From Allosphingosinicella sp. (GTDB taxonomy: Bacteria > Pseudomonadota > Alphaproteobacteria > Sphingomonadales > Sphingomonadaceae), in contig DASVSX010000002.1 in NCBI GenBank assembly GCA_036387875.1, positions 16,706 to 80,705 on the forward strand: a DNA stretch of 64,000 nt, in the 5' to 3' direction. Position numbers and translations under genes: made by a program. The notes beneath the pieces were generated by a model. The model worked only from the letters and a program-made list of their open reading frames with translations, searched no databases and was not told where the DNA came from. Of the stretch, positions 9,840 to 20,174 are shown piece after piece; the first letter of the stretch is position 1, and each line of letters starts with the position of its first letter.

Positions 9840-10859
9840 ATGTACACCGAACATTACGGCCTCGCCGAACGCCCCTTCCAGCTGACTCCGGACGCGCGCT
9901 ACTGGTATGAGAGCCGCACCCACAAGAAGGCGATGGCCTATCTCGGCTACGGCCTCGCCCAGGGCGAGGGCTTCATCGTCATCACCGGGGAGATCGGCGC
10001 CGGCAAGTCGACCCTGGTCGCGCACTTGATGGCGACCATCGACCGCGAGCGGCTGAACGCGATCAGCCTCGTCTCGACCCAGGTCGAAGGGGACGACATG
10101 CTTCGGCTCGCCGGCCAGGGCCTCGGGCTCGAGACCGGCGGAGTCGCCAAGGCGCAGCTGCTCGATCGGATCGAGCAGAGGCTTCGCGAGGAAGCGGGCA
10201 GGGGCAAGCGCACCCTGCTGGTCGTGGACGAGGCCCAGAACCTTCCGGTCTCGGCGCTCGAAGAGCTTCGAATGCTTTCGAACTTCACCAGCCAAGGCCG
10301 TGCGCTCATCCAGATTTTCCTGCTCGGCCAGCCCGAATTCCGGGATCGGGTCGCGGGCGAGGACAGCCTTGAGCAGCTGCGCCAGCGGGTCATCGCAAGC
10401 CACCATCTCGAGGCGATGGAAGCCAATGAGGTCGAGCCCTACATGGTCCACCGCCTGGCCGTCGCCGGCTGGGAAGGGCGGCCGTCCTTCGACCAGGAAT
10501 CGTTCGCAGCGCTCTACCGTCACACCGGCGGCGTTCCGCGCAAGCTCAACCAGCTCGCCAACCGGCTGCTGCTTTATGCCGGAGTCGAGCGGCTGGAGAC
10601 GGTCTCGGGCAATGACGTCGAAGCCGTTGCGGCCGACATGGCGGCCGACCGGCCGGCCAGCGCCTCGAAGCGGGTGCTTCCGCTTCGTCGCCCGTCGACG
10701 GCCACGGCCGAACCTGCGGGCGATTCTTTGCTGGATCGCCGGATCGCCGCGATCGAGGCGCGCCTCGACGAGCAGGAAGCGGCGGTTCGCCGGGTCTTGA
10801 CCGTGCTCCTCGACTGGGTCGAGAACGAAAGCCAGCCGCGCCGAAGCAATGCCGCTTGA
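9840..10859 (+). CDS. XrtA/PEP-CTERM system-associated ATPase (ExeA family)
   Basis: PFQLTPD, GEIGAGKST, LVVDEAQNL, GGVPRKLN. Confidence 0.9.
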   Translation: MYTEHYGLAERPFQLTPDARYWYESRTHKKAMAYLGYGLAQGEGFIVITGEIGAGKSTLVAHLMATIDRERLNAISLVSTQVEGDDMLRLAGQGLGLETGGVAKAQLLDRIEQRLREEAGRGKRTLLVVDEAQNLPVSALEELRMLSNFTSQGRALIQIFLLGQPEFRDRVAGEDSLEQLRQRVIASHHLEAMEANEVEPYMVHRLAVAGWEGRPSFDQESFAALYRHTGGVPRKLNQLANRLLLYAGVERLETVSGNDVEAVAADMAADRPASASKRVLPLRRPSTATAEPAGDSLLDRRIAAIEARLDEQEAAVRRVLTVLLDWVENESQPRRSNAA

Positions 10860-10866
10860 TTCTCAT

Positions 10867-11002
10867 AATTCCTCCCCGAGCTTGCTCGGGGAGGGCGACC
10901 AGCCGAAGGCTGGTGGAGGGGCAATGCAGAGTCCGTTTCTCCCCTCCACCGCGCCGCTTCGCGGCGCGGTCCCCCTCCCCGAGGCGAGCTCGGGGAGGAA
11001 TT
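10867..11002. repeat. Palindromic REP-like doublet, family B
   Basis: AATTCCTCCCCGAGCT...AGCTCGGGGAGGAATT inverted ends; homologous to 4680-4808. Confidence 0.85.
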
Positions 11003-11012
11003 GGAGCATGTC

Positions 11013-11858
11013 ATGCTGAACGCCCTTTCCGTGGACGTCGAGGACTGGTTCCAGGTCGGGGCGTTCGAGCGCGTGATTGGCCGCGAGCAGTGGGACGGGC
11101 TGGAGCAGCGCGTCGAGCGCAATGCGGGCGCGGTGCTCGACCTGTTCGCCGAGGCCAAGGTCAAGGCCACCCTCTTCACTCTCGGCTGGGTCGCCGAGCG
11201 CTATCCGGCGGTCATCCGCCGGGCCGCCGACGAAGGTCATGAGATCGGCAGCCACGGCTGGGACCACCAGCGCGTCTTCAACCTCGGGGAGGAGGGCTTC
11301 CGGGCCGACCTTCGCCGAGCCCATGCCACCATTTCGGACGCATGCGGCGTCGAGCCCAGGGGCTACCGGGCACCGAGCTTCTCGATCGACGCCCGGACGC
11401 CCTGGGCCCACCGGATCCTGGCCGAGGAAGGCTATTCCTATTCGTCGAGCGTCGCCCCCATCGCCCACGACCATTATGGCTGGCGCGAGGCGCCCCGCTT
11501 CGCCCACCGGCCGCTTGCGGAGAGCGACCTGATCGAGCTTCCGGTCACCACCGTCGAGCTCGCCGGACGGCGAATGGCGGCGGGGGGCGGGGGCTTCTTT
11601 CGGCTTTTGCCCTACCGTTTCTCGACCTGGGCGATTGATCGGGTGAACCGGGAGGACGAGCGGCCCGCGGTCTTCTATTTTCACCCGTGGGAGATCGATC
11701 CCGGCCAACCGAGGGTCGCCGGAGCGCCGCTCAAGTCCCGGCTTCGCCATTACAGCCGTCTCTCGGCGATGCGGCCCAAGTTGCTGAAATTGTTCAAGGC
11801 TCATGCCTGGGACCGGACCGACAAGGTGGTCGAGCGCGAACGGGAGAGATTGTCGTGA
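11013..11858 (+). CDS. XrtA system polysaccharide deacetylase
   Basis: NALSVDVEDWFQV, HEIGSHGWDH, GYRAPSFSI, YFHPWEID. Confidence 0.92.
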   Translation: MLNALSVDVEDWFQVGAFERVIGREQWDGLEQRVERNAGAVLDLFAEAKVKATLFTLGWVAERYPAVIRRAADEGHEIGSHGWDHQRVFNLGEEGFRADLRRAHATISDACGVEPRGYRAPSFSIDARTPWAHRILAEEGYSYSSSVAPIAHDHYGWREAPRFAHRPLAESDLIELPVTTVELAGRRMAAGGGGFFRLLPYRFSTWAIDRVNREDERPAVFYFHPWEIDPGQPRVAGAPLKSRLRHYSRLSAMRPKLLKLFKAHAWDRTDKVVERERERLS

Positions 11859-12922
11859 CCCTGTATTCGCCGATTGCCGCGGCCGCGGTCCGGACCGCCG
11901 ACCTGTCCGATCCCTCCGAGCGCGCCCGGATCGATTGCTACGTGGCTGAGCATCCGGAGTCGGTCTTCTTCCACCGGCCCCAATGGAGCTTGGCGGTCGA
12001 GCGGGGCTGCGGTCAGCGCGGCCACTATCTCGTCGCCGAGCGGCCGGACGGCGGTCTCGCCGGCTGCCTTCCGCTCACCGACGTGCGATCGGCTTTGTTC
12101 GGCCGGGCGCTGGTCTCGACCGGCTTCGGGACCGGCGGCGGAGTGATCGCGGACGATCGGGCCTCGGCCGCCGCGCTGCTTCGAACCGCGGCCGAGCTCG
12201 CCGACCGGCTCGGCTGCGGGACGCTCGAGCTTCGCGGAGGCGAGTTCCCCGACGATTATGCAATCCGGGACGACGTCTATGTCGGTTTCGCAATGGATCT
12301 GCCGACCGGCGAGGCGGCGATCATGAAGTCGATCAAGCGGCGCCATCGCGGTGTCAAAAGGGCGCGGGCACTGGAGCTCGGAGTCCGGATCGGCGCCGGC
12401 CCGGCCGACCGCTCGGACTTCTTCCGGGTCTACGGCGAGTCAATGCGCAACCTCGGCTCCCCCGTCTTCCCGCCGCGGCTGTTCGACGCCATGCTCGACC
12501 TGTTCGGCGAGGATGCCGACATCCTCACCGTCTTCAACGGCGCCGAGCCGGTGGCGAGCGTCCTCAATTTCTACTTCAAGGGAATCGTCCATCCTTATTG
12601 GGGCGGGGGAACGACGGCGGCGCGCGACTGCTTCGCGAGCGAGCTCATGTATTTCGAGACGATGTGCCATGCCTCGAGGCGCGGCTGCACCCGCTTCGAT
12701 TTCGGCCGATCGAAGCTTGGCTCGGGCAATCACAGCTTCAAGATGAACTGGGGGATGGAGCCGGAGCCGCTGCGCTACGGGATCCGAACGGCGCCCGGCG
12801 CGGCGCCCCGCGACATCAATCCGCTGAGCCCGAAGAACCGGCTCAAGGTCGAGGCCTGGAAGAAGCTTCCGCTGTGGGCGTCGAACCGGCTGGGACCGGT
12901 GCTGGCCAGGGGGCTCGGCTGA
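11855..12922 (+). CDS. FemAB family XrtA/PEP-CTERM system-associated protein
   Basis: FFHRPQW, MRNLGSPVFP, FDFGRSK, FKMNWG; GTGA overlap. Confidence 0.88.
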   Translation: MTLYSPIAAAAVRTADLSDPSERARIDCYVAEHPESVFFHRPQWSLAVERGCGQRGHYLVAERPDGGLAGCLPLTDVRSALFGRALVSTGFGTGGGVIADDRASAAALLRTAAELADRLGCGTLELRGGEFPDDYAIRDDVYVGFAMDLPTGEAAIMKSIKRRHRGVKRARALELGVRIGAGPADRSDFFRVYGESMRNLGSPVFPPRLFDAMLDLFGEDADILTVFNGAEPVASVLNFYFKGIVHPYWGGGTTAARDCFASELMYFETMCHASRRGCTRFDFGRSKLGSGNHSFKMNWGMEPEPLRYGIRTAPGAAPRDINPLSPKNRLKVEAWKKLPLWASNRLGPVLARGLG

Positions 12923-14127
12923 TGCCCGAGACCCTCTTCCTGGCGCATCGAATCCCGTTCCCGCCCGACCGCGGCGACAAGATCCGGACCTTCCACGAGC
13001 TGAAGCATCTCGCGGGGCTCGGGCGGGTGCATCTCGCCTGCCTCGCGGACGACGAGGAAGACGCCGCGAACCTCGCCGGCCTTCGCGAGGCGATCGGGCC
13101 TTCGCTCGGCGAGGCGCATGTCGAGGTCCGGCGGATTTCGAAGCTCGCCGCGGGCGCCCGGGCTCTCATCGAGGGCCGGCCGGTCTCGCTCGCCCTGTTC
13201 GACTCCGGGGCGCTTCGCGGCTTCGTCGAGCGGATGCTCTCGAGCGGACGGATCGGAACGATCTTCGCCTTTTCCGGGCAGATGGGGCAATTCGTCCCCG
13301 AGACCCTCGGCGCCCGCTTCGTGATGGATTTCGGAGACGTCGATTCGGCCAAGTTCGAGGCTTACGGGGCGGAAGGCGGGGCGATGGCTCCGATCAACCG
13401 CCGCGAGGGCAGGCTTCTCGCCGAGTTCGAGCGGTCGGTCGCCGCCCGGGCCGACGTCAGCCTGTTCGTCAGCCAGGCCGAGGCGGACCTCTTCAGGCGC
13501 CGGAGCGGGCTGGAAAGCGCGGACATCCGCGCGCTGCACAACGGCGTGGATCTCGATTATTACGATCCGGGCGCCCGCTTTCTCCCGATCGAGGAAAGCG
13601 GACCGCTGATCGTCTTCACCGGCCAGATGGATTACGCGCCCAATATCGAGGCGGTGCGCTGGTTCGCGGGCGAGGTGATGCCGATGCTCCCCAAGGCGCG
13701 ATTCGCCATCGTCGGTCGAAAGCCGCCCGAGGCCGTGCTCAGGCTGGCCGGGCCCCGGACGATCGTCACCGGGGCGGTCCCCGACGTGCGCTCCTGGCTC
13801 GCCGCGGGCGACGTCGTCGCGGCTCCGCTGAGGATCGCCCGCGGGATCCAGAACAAGGTGCTGGAGGCGATGGCCATGGCCCGGCCGGTCGTCGCCTCGC
13901 CGGCGGCCTTCGAGGGAATCGAAGCCGAGCCCGGGCGACACCTCCTCGTCGCGGCCGAGGCCGAGGCGCAGGCGGAGGCGATCGCGGGGCTGATCGAAGA
14001 CCGGGGGCGGGCGGCCGCCATGGGCCAGGCCGCGCGCCGCCGGATGGAGGAGGTCTATCGCTGGGAGGCTCGGCTCGCCCCGCTCGGGGAGATTGTCGCG
14101 GTCGCACGGCACAAGGCGGCGGCATGA
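12922..14127 (+). CDS. GT4 glycosyltransferase, PEP-CTERM/XrtA system
   Basis: LAHRIPFPPDRGDKIR, ARGIQNKVLEAMAM. Confidence 0.92.
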   Translation: MPETLFLAHRIPFPPDRGDKIRTFHELKHLAGLGRVHLACLADDEEDAANLAGLREAIGPSLGEAHVEVRRISKLAAGARALIEGRPVSLALFDSGALRGFVERMLSSGRIGTIFAFSGQMGQFVPETLGARFVMDFGDVDSAKFEAYGAEGGAMAPINRREGRLLAEFERSVAARADVSLFVSQAEADLFRRRSGLESADIRALHNGVDLDYYDPGARFLPIEESGPLIVFTGQMDYAPNIEAVRWFAGEVMPMLPKARFAIVGRKPPEAVLRLAGPRTIVTGAVPDVRSWLAAGDVVAAPLRIARGIQNKVLEAMAMARPVVASPAAFEGIEAEPGRHLLVAAEAEAQAEAIAGLIEDRGRAAAMGQAARRRMEEVYRWEARLAPLGEIVAVARHKAAA

Positions 14128-15659
14128 CGGCGGTCCTGCCCATCGTGCGCGCCGACCCGCTGGCGCAGGCCTGGCGCAGCCATCTCGCCGCGCTCGGAGC
14201 GGCGGGAGCGGCGATCGGGCTACTGTTCGCGGGCGACGGGCTCGACATGGCGAGGCTCTGGTGGGACAGCGCCACCTTCAACCATTGCTTCCTGGTCGTT
14301 CCGATCATCCTCTGGCTGGTCTGGCAGCGGCTTCCCGAGCTCAAGGCGCTCGCGCCTCGCGCCTGGGCTCCGGGGCTGGTGCTGGTCGGAGCGGGCGCCT
14401 GCGCCTGGCTGCTCGGGGAGGCCGGCAATGTCGCGCTTCTCCGCCACTTCGGACTCGTCGCGATGCTCCAGGGAAGCGTGATCGCCTGCCTGGGCAAGGC
14501 GGTGGCGCGGGGACTCGCCTTCCCGATTTTCTACGCCGTCTTCCTCGTGCCCTTCGGCGAGGAGCTGGTCGCGCCGCTCCAGACCCTCACCGCGAAGATG
14601 AGCATGGGACTGCTCGCCCTGACCGGGGTGCCGGCCCATATCGAGGGCATCTTCATCTCGACCCCGAGCGGGCTGTTCCGGGTCGCCGAGGCCTGTTCCG
14701 GGGTCCGGTTCCTGGTGGCGATGGCGGCGCTTGGGGCGCTCGCCGCCAATCTGTGCTTCACCTCCCGGCGCCGCCGGGCCCTGTTCGTCGCCTTCGCGCT
14801 CTGCGTCTCGGTGCTCGCCAACGGCGCCAGGGCGTTCGGGACGATCTACATCGCCTACAAGACCGACAACGAGGTCGCCGTCGGGATCGACCATCTCGTC
14901 TACGGCTGGATCTTCTTCGCGATCGTCATCGCCTTGATCGCTGCGGCGGCCTGGCGCTTCTTCGACCGGGCGCCGAACGCGCGCTGGTTCGACCCCGCCG
15001 AGCTCCAGGCTCCGGGCGCCGAGCCGGGGCGGGCGAGCCGCGCCGCGCAAATCGCGGCGATGGGGGTGGCGCTCGCAGCGGCGGCGCCGCTCTGGTCCGG
15101 CGTCGTCGCAGCGGCGGGCACCCGGGCGGTTCCCGAAACCTCGCTCCCGAACGTGCAGGGCTGGACCAGGCTTGCGGCCGGACCGGAATGGCAGCCGCAT
15201 TATACGGGCGCCGACCGGGTTCGGCTCGCCCGCTACCGCAACGCAGCCGGGCAGCAGGTCGACCTCGCCATCGTTGTCTTCGCCCGGCAGAGCGAGGGGC
15301 GCGAGCTGGTCGGCTACGGCCAGGGCGCGGCCGACGAGGACGGCGCCTGGTCGTGGACCGGCGATTCCGCGCCGCCGGCGGACGGCAAGGCGGAGCTGAT
15401 CGGGTCGCACGGCAAGGTTCGCGAGGTGGTGAGCTTCTACCGGGTCGGGGAGATCGTCACCGGGAGCAGGACGCGGGTCAAGCTCGAGACGGTGAAGACG
15501 AGGCTGCTCGGCGGGCCGCAGCGGGCGGTCGCGGTGCTGGTCTCGGCCGAGGCTCCGGCCGACGGGCTCAGCGCCCGGCCGGCGATCGACTCCTTCCTTC
15601 GGAGCCTCGGGCCGATCGCGCCCCTTGCCGACCGGGCCGCCGGGCTGGCAGAGGACTGA
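14124..15659 (+). CDS. xrtA: Exosortase A with C-terminal EpsI-like domain
   Basis: Multi-TM; catalytic VAEACSG, NGAR, DHLVYGWIFF motifs. Confidence 0.92.
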   Translation: MTAVLPIVRADPLAQAWRSHLAALGAAGAAIGLLFAGDGLDMARLWWDSATFNHCFLVVPIILWLVWQRLPELKALAPRAWAPGLVLVGAGACAWLLGEAGNVALLRHFGLVAMLQGSVIACLGKAVARGLAFPIFYAVFLVPFGEELVAPLQTLTAKMSMGLLALTGVPAHIEGIFISTPSGLFRVAEACSGVRFLVAMAALGALAANLCFTSRRRRALFVAFALCVSVLANGARAFGTIYIAYKTDNEVAVGIDHLVYGWIFFAIVIALIAAAAWRFFDRAPNARWFDPAELQAPGAEPGRASRAAQIAAMGVALAAAAPLWSGVVAAAGTRAVPETSLPNVQGWTRLAAGPEWQPHYTGADRVRLARYRNAAGQQVDLAIVVFARQSEGRELVGYGQGAADEDGAWSWTGDSAPPADGKAELIGSHGKVREVVSFYRVGEIVTGSRTRVKLETVKTRLLGGPQRAVAVLVSAEAPADGLSARPAIDSFLRSLGPIAPLADRAAGLAED

Positions 15660-15661
15660 GC

Positions 15662-17578
15662 ATGTGCGGAATTGCCGGCCTTTTCTACGTAAGCAGCCCA
15701 AAGCCGGTCGACCCGAAAAGGGTGCGGGCGATGACCGACACTCTCGCCCATCGCGGGCCGGACGGAAGCGGGGTGTGGACCGCGCCGGGCGTCGGGCTCG
15801 GCCACCGGCGCCTGTCGATCATCGACCTCGCCACCGGCGACCAGCCGATGCGTTCCGCCGACGGCGAGCTGGCGCTGAGCTACAATGGCGAGATCTACAA
15901 TTTCCGCGAGGTGAGGGCGCAGCTCGAGGGCTTCGGCCATAAGTTCCGGACGGAGAGCGACACCGAGGTCATCCTGGCGTCGTGGCGGCAATGGGGCCCC
16001 GATTGCCTCTCCCGATTCAACGGGATGTTCGCCTTCGCCCTCTACGACCGGGACCAGGACTGCCTCTTTCTCGCCCGCGACCGGATCGGGGTGAAGCCGC
16101 TCTACTGGGCGACCCTTGCCGACGAGGCGCTGGTCTTCGCCTCCGAGCTGAAGGGGCTGCTCGCCCACCCGCTGCTCCGGCGCTCGCCGAGCCACCGGGC
16201 GGTCGAGGATTATCTCGCTTTGGGCTACGTCCCCGACGACAGCTGCATGGTCGAGGGCGTGCGGAAGCTTCCCGCCGGGCACTTCCTCCTGGTCCGGCGG
16301 GGACGAGCGCTTCCGGAACCGGTCCAATATTGGGACGTGGATTTCTCCAACCCCTCGCGAGCCTCCGCGACGGCGCTCGAGGAGGAGCTGGTCGAGCGCC
16401 TCCAGGCCGCGGTGCGCTCGCGGATGGTCGCCGACGTGCCGCTTGGCGCCTTCCTCTCGGGCGGGGTCGACAGCTCGGCGGTGGTCGCTCTGATGGCCGA
16501 GGCGAGCCGCTCGGCGGTGGAGACCTGCTCGATTGGGTTCAGCGAAGCGGATCACGACGAAACCAAATGGGCGGCCCTGGTCGCCGAGCGCTTCGCAACC
16601 CGCCACCGGAGCCGGATCGTCCAGGCCGGGGATTTCGGGCTGATCGACACGCTCGCCGACTCCTTCGACGAGCCCTTCGCCGACGCCTCGGCCCTCGCCA
16701 CCTACCGGGTCTCCGAGCTGGCCCGCGAGACGGTCAAGGTCGCACTCTCGGGCGACGGCGCCGACGAGGCCTTCGCCGGCTATCGCCGCTACCGGATGTT
16801 CGCGGCCGAGGAGCGGGTGAGGGGCCTCCTGCCCGCCCGGGCGCGCGACATGCTCGGAGCGGTCGGCAACCTTTATCCCAAGCTCGACTGGGCGCCCCGC
16901 TTCCTTCGCGCCAAGACGAGTTTGCAGGCGATCGGCCAGGACGGAGGCGAGGCCTATGCGGCGGCGGTCGGAGTGACGCCCGGGCCCATAAGATCAAGCA
17001 TTTACAGCGCAAACTTCAGGCAAGTTCTCGGCGGCTACCGGGCCGAGCGGCGCTATGTCGAGACCATGGCCGGAGCGCCCGCCTCGGACTCGCTCTCCCG
17101 GGCCCAATATGCCGACCTCAAGATCTGGCTTCCAGGCGACATCCTCACCAAGGTCGATCGGACCAGCATGGCCGTGAGCCTGGAGGCGCGCGAGCCCTTG
17201 CTCGACCACCGCCTGATCGAGTTCGCCGCCCGGGTGCCGGCGGGGATGCGGCTCCGCGGCGGCTCGGGAAAATGGCTGATGAAAAAGGCGCTCGGACGCT
17301 ATCTGCCCGAGGAAGTGCTCCACCGGACCAAGATGGGCTTCGTCACTCCGGTCAGCGCCTGGTTCCGGGGGCCCCTGGCCGGCGAGGCGGCGGCGATCGC
17401 CCACAGTCCCGCTCTGGCCGAGCTCGGCTGGTTCGACGGCAATTCGATCGCCCGCCTCGCTGCCGCCCATCGCTCCGGCCGGGCCGAACATGGCCGGCTG
17501 CTGTGGCAATTGCTGATGCTCGACAAGTCGCTCCAACGCCTGTTCGGCTTCGGGGCGGGGGTCAGGAAGGCGGGCTAG
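15662..17578 (+). CDS. Asparagine synthase-like glutamine amidotransferase, XrtA system
   Basis: MCGIAG N-terminus, HRGPDG, LSGGVDSS, SGDGADE. Confidence 0.92.
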   Translation: MCGIAGLFYVSSPKPVDPKRVRAMTDTLAHRGPDGSGVWTAPGVGLGHRRLSIIDLATGDQPMRSADGELALSYNGEIYNFREVRAQLEGFGHKFRTESDTEVILASWRQWGPDCLSRFNGMFAFALYDRDQDCLFLARDRIGVKPLYWATLADEALVFASELKGLLAHPLLRRSPSHRAVEDYLALGYVPDDSCMVEGVRKLPAGHFLLVRRGRALPEPVQYWDVDFSNPSRASATALEEELVERLQAAVRSRMVADVPLGAFLSGGVDSSAVVALMAEASRSAVETCSIGFSEADHDETKWAALVAERFATRHRSRIVQAGDFGLIDTLADSFDEPFADASALATYRVSELARETVKVALSGDGADEAFAGYRRYRMFAAEERVRGLLPARARDMLGAVGNLYPKLDWAPRFLRAKTSLQAIGQDGGEAYAAAVGVTPGPIRSSIYSANFRQVLGGYRAERRYVETMAGAPASDSLSRAQYADLKIWLPGDILTKVDRTSMAVSLEAREPLLDHRLIEFAARVPAGMRLRGGSGKWLMKKALGRYLPEEVLHRTKMGFVTPVSAWFRGPLAGEAAAIAHSPALAELGWFDGNSIARLAAAHRSGRAEHGRLLWQLLMLDKSLQRLFGFGAGVRKAG

Positions 17579-17642
17579 CCTTCACTTGCCGGCGGTTCGA
17601 AAGCGCGCTTCGAGCCTCACGCGGCCCTGGCGATCGACGACC

Positions 17643-18515
17643 TCACTCCGGATCAGGCCAATCCGTCGGCATCGGGATGAGCGTGAAGGTTCCAAGGTAA
17701 CTATGGTCTTCACGGATATTGCCGGTGAAGCCTTCCGAGCGAAGCCTGTTCTCACGCTCGCGCCGCTCGAAGGTAATCAGGCGCGGATCAAATGCCACTT
17801 CCGTAAACAGCGCGTTCGGATCGATCGGGAAATGCCGTACCTTCTCGCCGGTGCCAAGCTTGTCCGGAGTCAGGCATAATATCCGCACTTCGCTTTCGTG
17901 GCGGAACTGCGCACGCTTGGTGCAAAGCGATTCGGCGCGCCCATCGGGCGTGCTGAAATATAGCGGCCCCGCGGGCTGTGAAAGGCGATTGGCCAAAAGC
18001 TGTCCAAACCGCTCTTCCGGCTCGTAAGTCACGCCGGCAATGTAGAAATGGTAGTCCGGGTGCAGCCTTGCCCAGGATTCCATGACCGCGATCAGCCGCC
18101 GCGCGGTCGTAGTGACGCGCACGCCCTCTTCGGCGGGCGTGCTGTTTCGTTGCGCGATTGGGTCGAGGACAACTCGCGAATAGGCGCGAAGCAGCACGTC
18201 CGAATCCGCTTCGTAGGACCAGCATTGCGCCCAGCAGGCCGAAAGATAATCGGCCAGAGCGCGCTGATTTCGTTTTGTGCAGGCCGATCCCGGCTGGGGC
18301 GTGAGCCTGAAGGTGGCGCAAGGGTCCTCCCTCGGATCGACCCACAGCGAAGGTTGAACCAGCGTGAGCCGCTTGAGACGGACCAGCTCCTCAAGTCGCC
18401 AGACCGGGAAGATCCGGTGCAGCGGCTTATCGATGTCGTCGATGCGGGCCCGACGCACCCGGCCGTCAGTCACGTCACTGCCTTCCGCAGGATCTGTCCC
18501 CTTCGAACATGCCAT
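17643..18515 (-). CDS. Hypothetical protein, DUF2971-like
   Basis: LVQPSLWVDPRE, AQCWS, TKRAQFRHESEVR, FDPRL motifs; atypical codon use; start uncertain. Confidence 0.55.
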   Translation of the reverse strand: MACSKGTDPAEGSDVTDGRVRRARIDDIDKPLHRIFPVWRLEELVRLKRLTLVQPSLWVDPREDPCATFRLTPQPGSACTKRNQRALADYLSACWAQCWSYEADSDVLLRAYSRVVLDPIAQRNSTPAEEGVRVTTTARRLIAVMESWARLHPDYHFYIAGVTYEPEERFGQLLANRLSQPAGPLYFSTPDGRAESLCTKRAQFRHESEVRILCLTPDKLGTGEKVRHFPIDPNALFTEVAFDPRLITFERRERENRLRSEGFTGNIREDHSYLGTFTLIPMPTDWPDPE

Positions 18516-18523
18516 TTGACGAC

Positions 18524-19264
18524 TCAAGGGTACACAGCCTCGACGAAATACAAACCCTGCGGCGGCGCGTTCAGGCCCAGGGCCGCCCGGTCCCGCGCTT
18601 CCAGCGCATCCTTCAAATCTCCGGCGCTCCACCTCCCCCGGCCGACCAGCTGGAGGCATCCCACCATCGACCTCACCTGATGGTGGAGGAAGGAGCGGGC
18701 GGCGGCCTCGATCAGGATGACGTCGCCCTCGCGGCGCACCGCGAGCCGGTCCAGGGTCTTGACCGGGCTTTTCGACTGGCAGTGGGCGGAGCGGAAGGTC
18801 GTGAAATCGTGGAGGCCGACCAGCTGCTGCGCCGCCGAGTGCATCGCTCCGGCGTCGAGCGGAACCGCCACCTGCCAGGCCCGCCCCGCCTCCAGCGCCG
18901 GCGGCGCCCTCCGGTTGACGATCTTGTAGAGATAGCGCCGGCCGACGCAGCTGAAGCGGGCGTGCCAGTCGTCCGCGGCCGGCCGGGCCTCGAGGATCGC
19001 GATCGGAAGCGGCCTCAGCCTGGCGTTCAGCCCTTCGGCGAGCCGGAATGGAGCGATCGGCCGATCGATGTCGACATGGGCCGCCATTGCAAAAGCGTGG
19101 ACTCCGGCGTCGGTCCGGCCGGCGGCGTGGACGGTGGCCGGCTCGCCGGTGATCGCCTCGGCCGCCTCCTCGATCGACTGCTGGACCGAGGGGCCGTGCG
19201 CCTGGCGCTGCCAGCCCATGAACGGCCCGCCGTCATATTCAACGATGAGCCGGAAGCGGGTCAC
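18524..19264 (-). CDS. truA: tRNA pseudouridine(38-40) synthase
   Basis: [35 protein letters not shown]. Confidence 0.95.
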   Translation of the reverse strand: MTRFRLIVEYDGGPFMGWQRQAHGPSVQQSIEEAAEAITGEPATVHAAGRTDAGVHAFAMAAHVDIDRPIAPFRLAEGLNARLRPLPIAILEARPAADDWHARFSCVGRRYLYKIVNRRAPPALEAGRAWQVAVPLDAGAMHSAAQQLVGLHDFTTFRSAHCQSKSPVKTLDRLAVRREGDVILIEAAARSFLHHQVRSMVGCLQLVGRGRWSAGDLKDALEARDRAALGLNAPPQGLYFVEAVYP

Positions 19265-20169
19265 CCGAGCTTCGTGCCCGGCGCGATCGGGAATCCGCGA
19301 AGCAGCTCGGCGCCCGTCATCGGCGCCCGCCCCGAGCGCTGGAGGAGGCGGGCGCAAAGCGCCCGGTCGCCGCAGGCGATGACGAGGCCCTTGCCGGGCA
19401 GAACCTCGCCCGGCTCGCCCGAGGCCTCGACCGGGTCGGCGGCGAGCAGCTTGATCCGCTCCCCGCCCGCCTCGAACCAGGCGCCGGGCGCCGGGTTGAA
19501 CGCTCTCACCTGGCGCTCGAGCTCGGCCGCGGTCCGCTCGAAGTCGAGCCGCGCCTCCTCCTTTCGGATCTTGGGAGCGTAGGTCGCCTGGTCCTCCGAC
19601 TGGGGCCGGGGCCCGATCCGGTCCCACCGGTCGAGCACTTCCACCATCCGCTCGGCGCCGAGACCGGCGAGCTCCGCGGTCAGCTCGCCGGCCGTCTTGC
19701 GCCCGATCGGAGTGCCCATCGCCGCCATCATCGGCCCCGTGTCGAGTCCTTCGTCCATCTTCATGATCGTCACCCCCGTCGTCTCGTCGCCGGCCAGGAT
19801 GGCGCGCTGGATCGGAGCGGCGCCCCGCCAGCGGGGGAGGATCGAGGCGTGGACGTTGAGGCAGCCCCGGCGCGGCGCCTCGAGGATCGGCCGCGGGAGG
19901 ATCAGCCCGTAGGCGGCGACGATTGCCGCATCGAGATCGAGCGCCGCGAACTCGGCCTGGGCTTCGGGGTGCTTGAGCGAGAGCGGGGTTCGGACCTCGA
20001 GCCCAAGCACTTCAGCGCGCTGCTGGACGGGGGAGGGGCGGAGCGCCTTGCCGCGGCCGGCCGGGCGAGGCGGCTGCGAGTAGACCGCGGCGATCTCGTG
20101 TCCGGCCGCCGCGAGCGCGTCGAGAGTCGGAACGGCGAATTCGGGAGTACCCATGAAGGCGATGCGCAT
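19261..20169 (-). CDS. fmt: Methionyl-tRNA formyltransferase
   Basis: [36 protein letters not shown]. Confidence 0.95.
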   Translation of the reverse strand: MRIAFMGTPEFAVPTLDALAAAGHEIAAVYSQPPRPAGRGKALRPSPVQQRAEVLGLEVRTPLSLKHPEAQAEFAALDLDAAIVAAYGLILPRPILEAPRRGCLNVHASILPRWRGAAPIQRAILAGDETTGVTIMKMDEGLDTGPMMAAMGTPIGRKTAGELTAELAGLGAERMVEVLDRWDRIGPRPQSEDQATYAPKIRKEEARLDFERTAAELERQVRAFNPAPGAWFEAGGERIKLLAADPVEASGEPGEVLPGKGLVIACGDRALCARLLQRSGRAPMTGAELLRGFPIAPGTKLG

Positions 20170-20174
20170 TCTGT

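Noticed and set aside
11983..12921. Long N-terminal extensions on the glycosyltransferase (and likewise the decarboxylase and ligase ORFs)
   Set aside because: Stop-poor GC-rich alternative frames overlapping real upstream genes
14093..15661. 1161 aa ORF suggesting an extended amidotransferase
   Set aside because: Shadow frame over xrtA; Ntn amidotransferases need Cys2, so the start is 15662
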